Virus record (IMG/VR): IMGVR_UViG_3300042154_002208
DNA length: 64,000 nucleotides
DNA from: a virus
Lineage: Duplodnaviria; Caudoviricetes
Strand: one strand, 5' to 3'
In this document: positions 62,830-64,000 of the stretch, piece by piece
How positions within the stretch are numbered: the first letter of the stretch is position 1
Layout of the letters: each line of letters begins with the position of its first letter
Made by a program: the position numbers and the translations under genes
The notes under the pieces: model-generated
What the model was told of the DNA's origin: nothing
Databases searched by the model: none
Seen by the model: the letters and a program-made list of their open reading frames with translations, nothing else

Positions 62830-64000
62830 ATGTTTTTATCTGAAAACTTACAACAAAAATGGCAAGCCATTTTAGAGCACCCTGATCTTCCAGCGATCAA
62901 GGATTCCTACAAACGTGCAGTTACATCTGTATTGTTAGAGAACCAAGAGCGTTCACTACGTGAAGAGCGTAGCGCAATGTTTGAGGCAGCTCCGGCAAAC
63001 AATATTAACGCAACAAGCGGTATCGACAAGTATGATCCGATCATGATCGGTTTAGTACGTCGTGCAATGCCTAACCTAATGGCTTATGACATCTGCGGCG
63101 TTCAGCCAATGACAGGTCCAACGGGTTTGATCTTTGCAATGCGTTCTACATATGGTACAGAGCGTAACAATACTTCAACTCGCGTTGAAGCATTGTACAA
63201 TGAAGCTAACACCGCATTCTCCGGAACTGCAGGTTCAGCAACAGGGTCAAATCCTGTTAGCGGTACTTACACAACAGGTCAAGGCGTTGCTACAGCAACT
63301 GCTGAAGCTATGGGCACTACTGGTGGTCAAGCATTCAACGAAATGTCTTTCTCTATTGACAAGACAACAGTTACTGCGAAATCACGTGCTTTGAAGGCTG
63401 AGTACACTGTTGAATTGGCACAAGACTTGAAAGCTATTCACGGTCTTGACGCTGAAGCAGAATTATCAAACATCTTGTCACAAGAATTCATGTTTGAAAT
63501 TAATCGCGAAGTTATTCGTACAATTTACAAAGTTGCTAAACCAGGTTCGCCTGCAACAGCATCTGCTGGTACATTTGACTTAGACGTTGACTCTAATGGA
63601 CGTTGGTCTGTTGAGCGTTTCAAAGGTCTATTGTTCAACATTGAACGTGATGCTAACCACATTGCACAAGACACACGTCGTGGTAAAGGTAACTTCATCG
63701 TTTGCTCTGCAGACGTTGCAAGTGCATTAGCTATGTCTGGTGTTCTAGACTACGCTCCAGCTTTGAGCACAGGTCTAAATGTTGACGATACAGGCAATAC
63801 ATTCGCAGGTGTTCTAAACGGACGCTATCGTGTTTATATTGATCCGTATTCCAGCAACCTAGGTTCAGCAAGCCAGTTCTACATGGTTGGTTATAAGGGT
63901 TCTTCTCCTTATGACGCAGGTATGTTCTACTGCCCATATGTTCCTTTACAAATGGTTCGCGCAGTTGATCCTAACAGCTTCCAGCCAAAGATTGGCTTCA
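62830..64000 (+). CDS. gp23: major capsid protein gp23 (truncated by window end); not in ORF track
   Basis: ATG 62830 after AAGGAG; MFLSENLQQKW...LVRRAMPNLMAYDICGVQPMTGPTGLIFAMR...SRALKAEYTVELAQDLKAIHGLDAE. Confidence 0.96.
   Translation, partial: MFLSENLQQKWQAILEHPDLPAIKDSYKRAVTSVLLENQERSLREERSAMFEAAPANNINATSGIDKYDPIMIGLVRRAMPNLMAYDICGVQPMTGPTGLIFAMRSTYGTERNNTSTRVEALYNEANTAFSGTAGSATGSNPVSGTYTTGQGVATATAEAMGTTGGQAFNEMSFSIDKTTVTAKSRALKAEYTVELAQDLKAIHGLDAEAELSNILSQEFMFEINREVIRTIYKVAKPGSPATASAGTFDLDVDSNGRWSVERFKGLLFNIERDANHIAQDTRRGKGNFIVCSADVASALAMSGVLDYAPALSTGLNVDDTGNTFAGVLNGRYRVYIDPYSSNLGSASQFYMVGYKGSSPYDAGMFYCPYVPLQMVRAVDPNSFQPKIGF

Noticed and set aside
1-64000. Stop-codon reassignment (alternative genetic code)
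   Set aside because: Conserved core genes are full length in the standard code and TAA, TGA and TAG all occur as gene ends.

Overview
This window is a 64-kb segment of a T4-like (Tevenvirus/Kyanovirus-style) myovirus genome, AT-rich and read in the standard genetic code. It has five parts. (1) About 1-8 kb: small early ORFs behind consensus sigma70 promoters. (2) About 8-22 kb: DNA metabolism and transcription genes (rnh, dsbA, ligase gp30, denV-like, Cas4-like nuclease, gp33, gp59, gp32) mixed with auxiliary genes (nucleotidyltransferase-cupin, phoH, GH19 endolysin, SleB hydrolase, heme oxygenase plus PcyX-type bilin reductase). (3) A minus-strand block (gp4, gp2, gp54, gp26/gp51-like, holin, tape-measure candidate). 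(4) A plus-strand baseplate and fibre block. (5) The neck, terminase, tail and head module, which ends in a truncated gp23. The most striking feature is a circularly permuted two-piece tmRNA gene at about 17126-17470 (tag ANDSQFALAA). One 65-codon ORF runs across its acceptor piece, CCA end, hairpin-closed intervening segment and 5' acceptor strand, and the intervening part encodes a CCxxGCxxCVW (Oxidored-like) motif. The precursor may therefore be both an mRNA and a tmRNA precursor. Other notable signals are a candidate -1 frameshift joining the gp26- and gp51-like genes, a late promoter embedded in a terminator upstream of the endolysin, and a uORF/terminator arrangement upstream of phoH. 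All family assignments come from motif recognition by eye; no database searches or folding programs were run.
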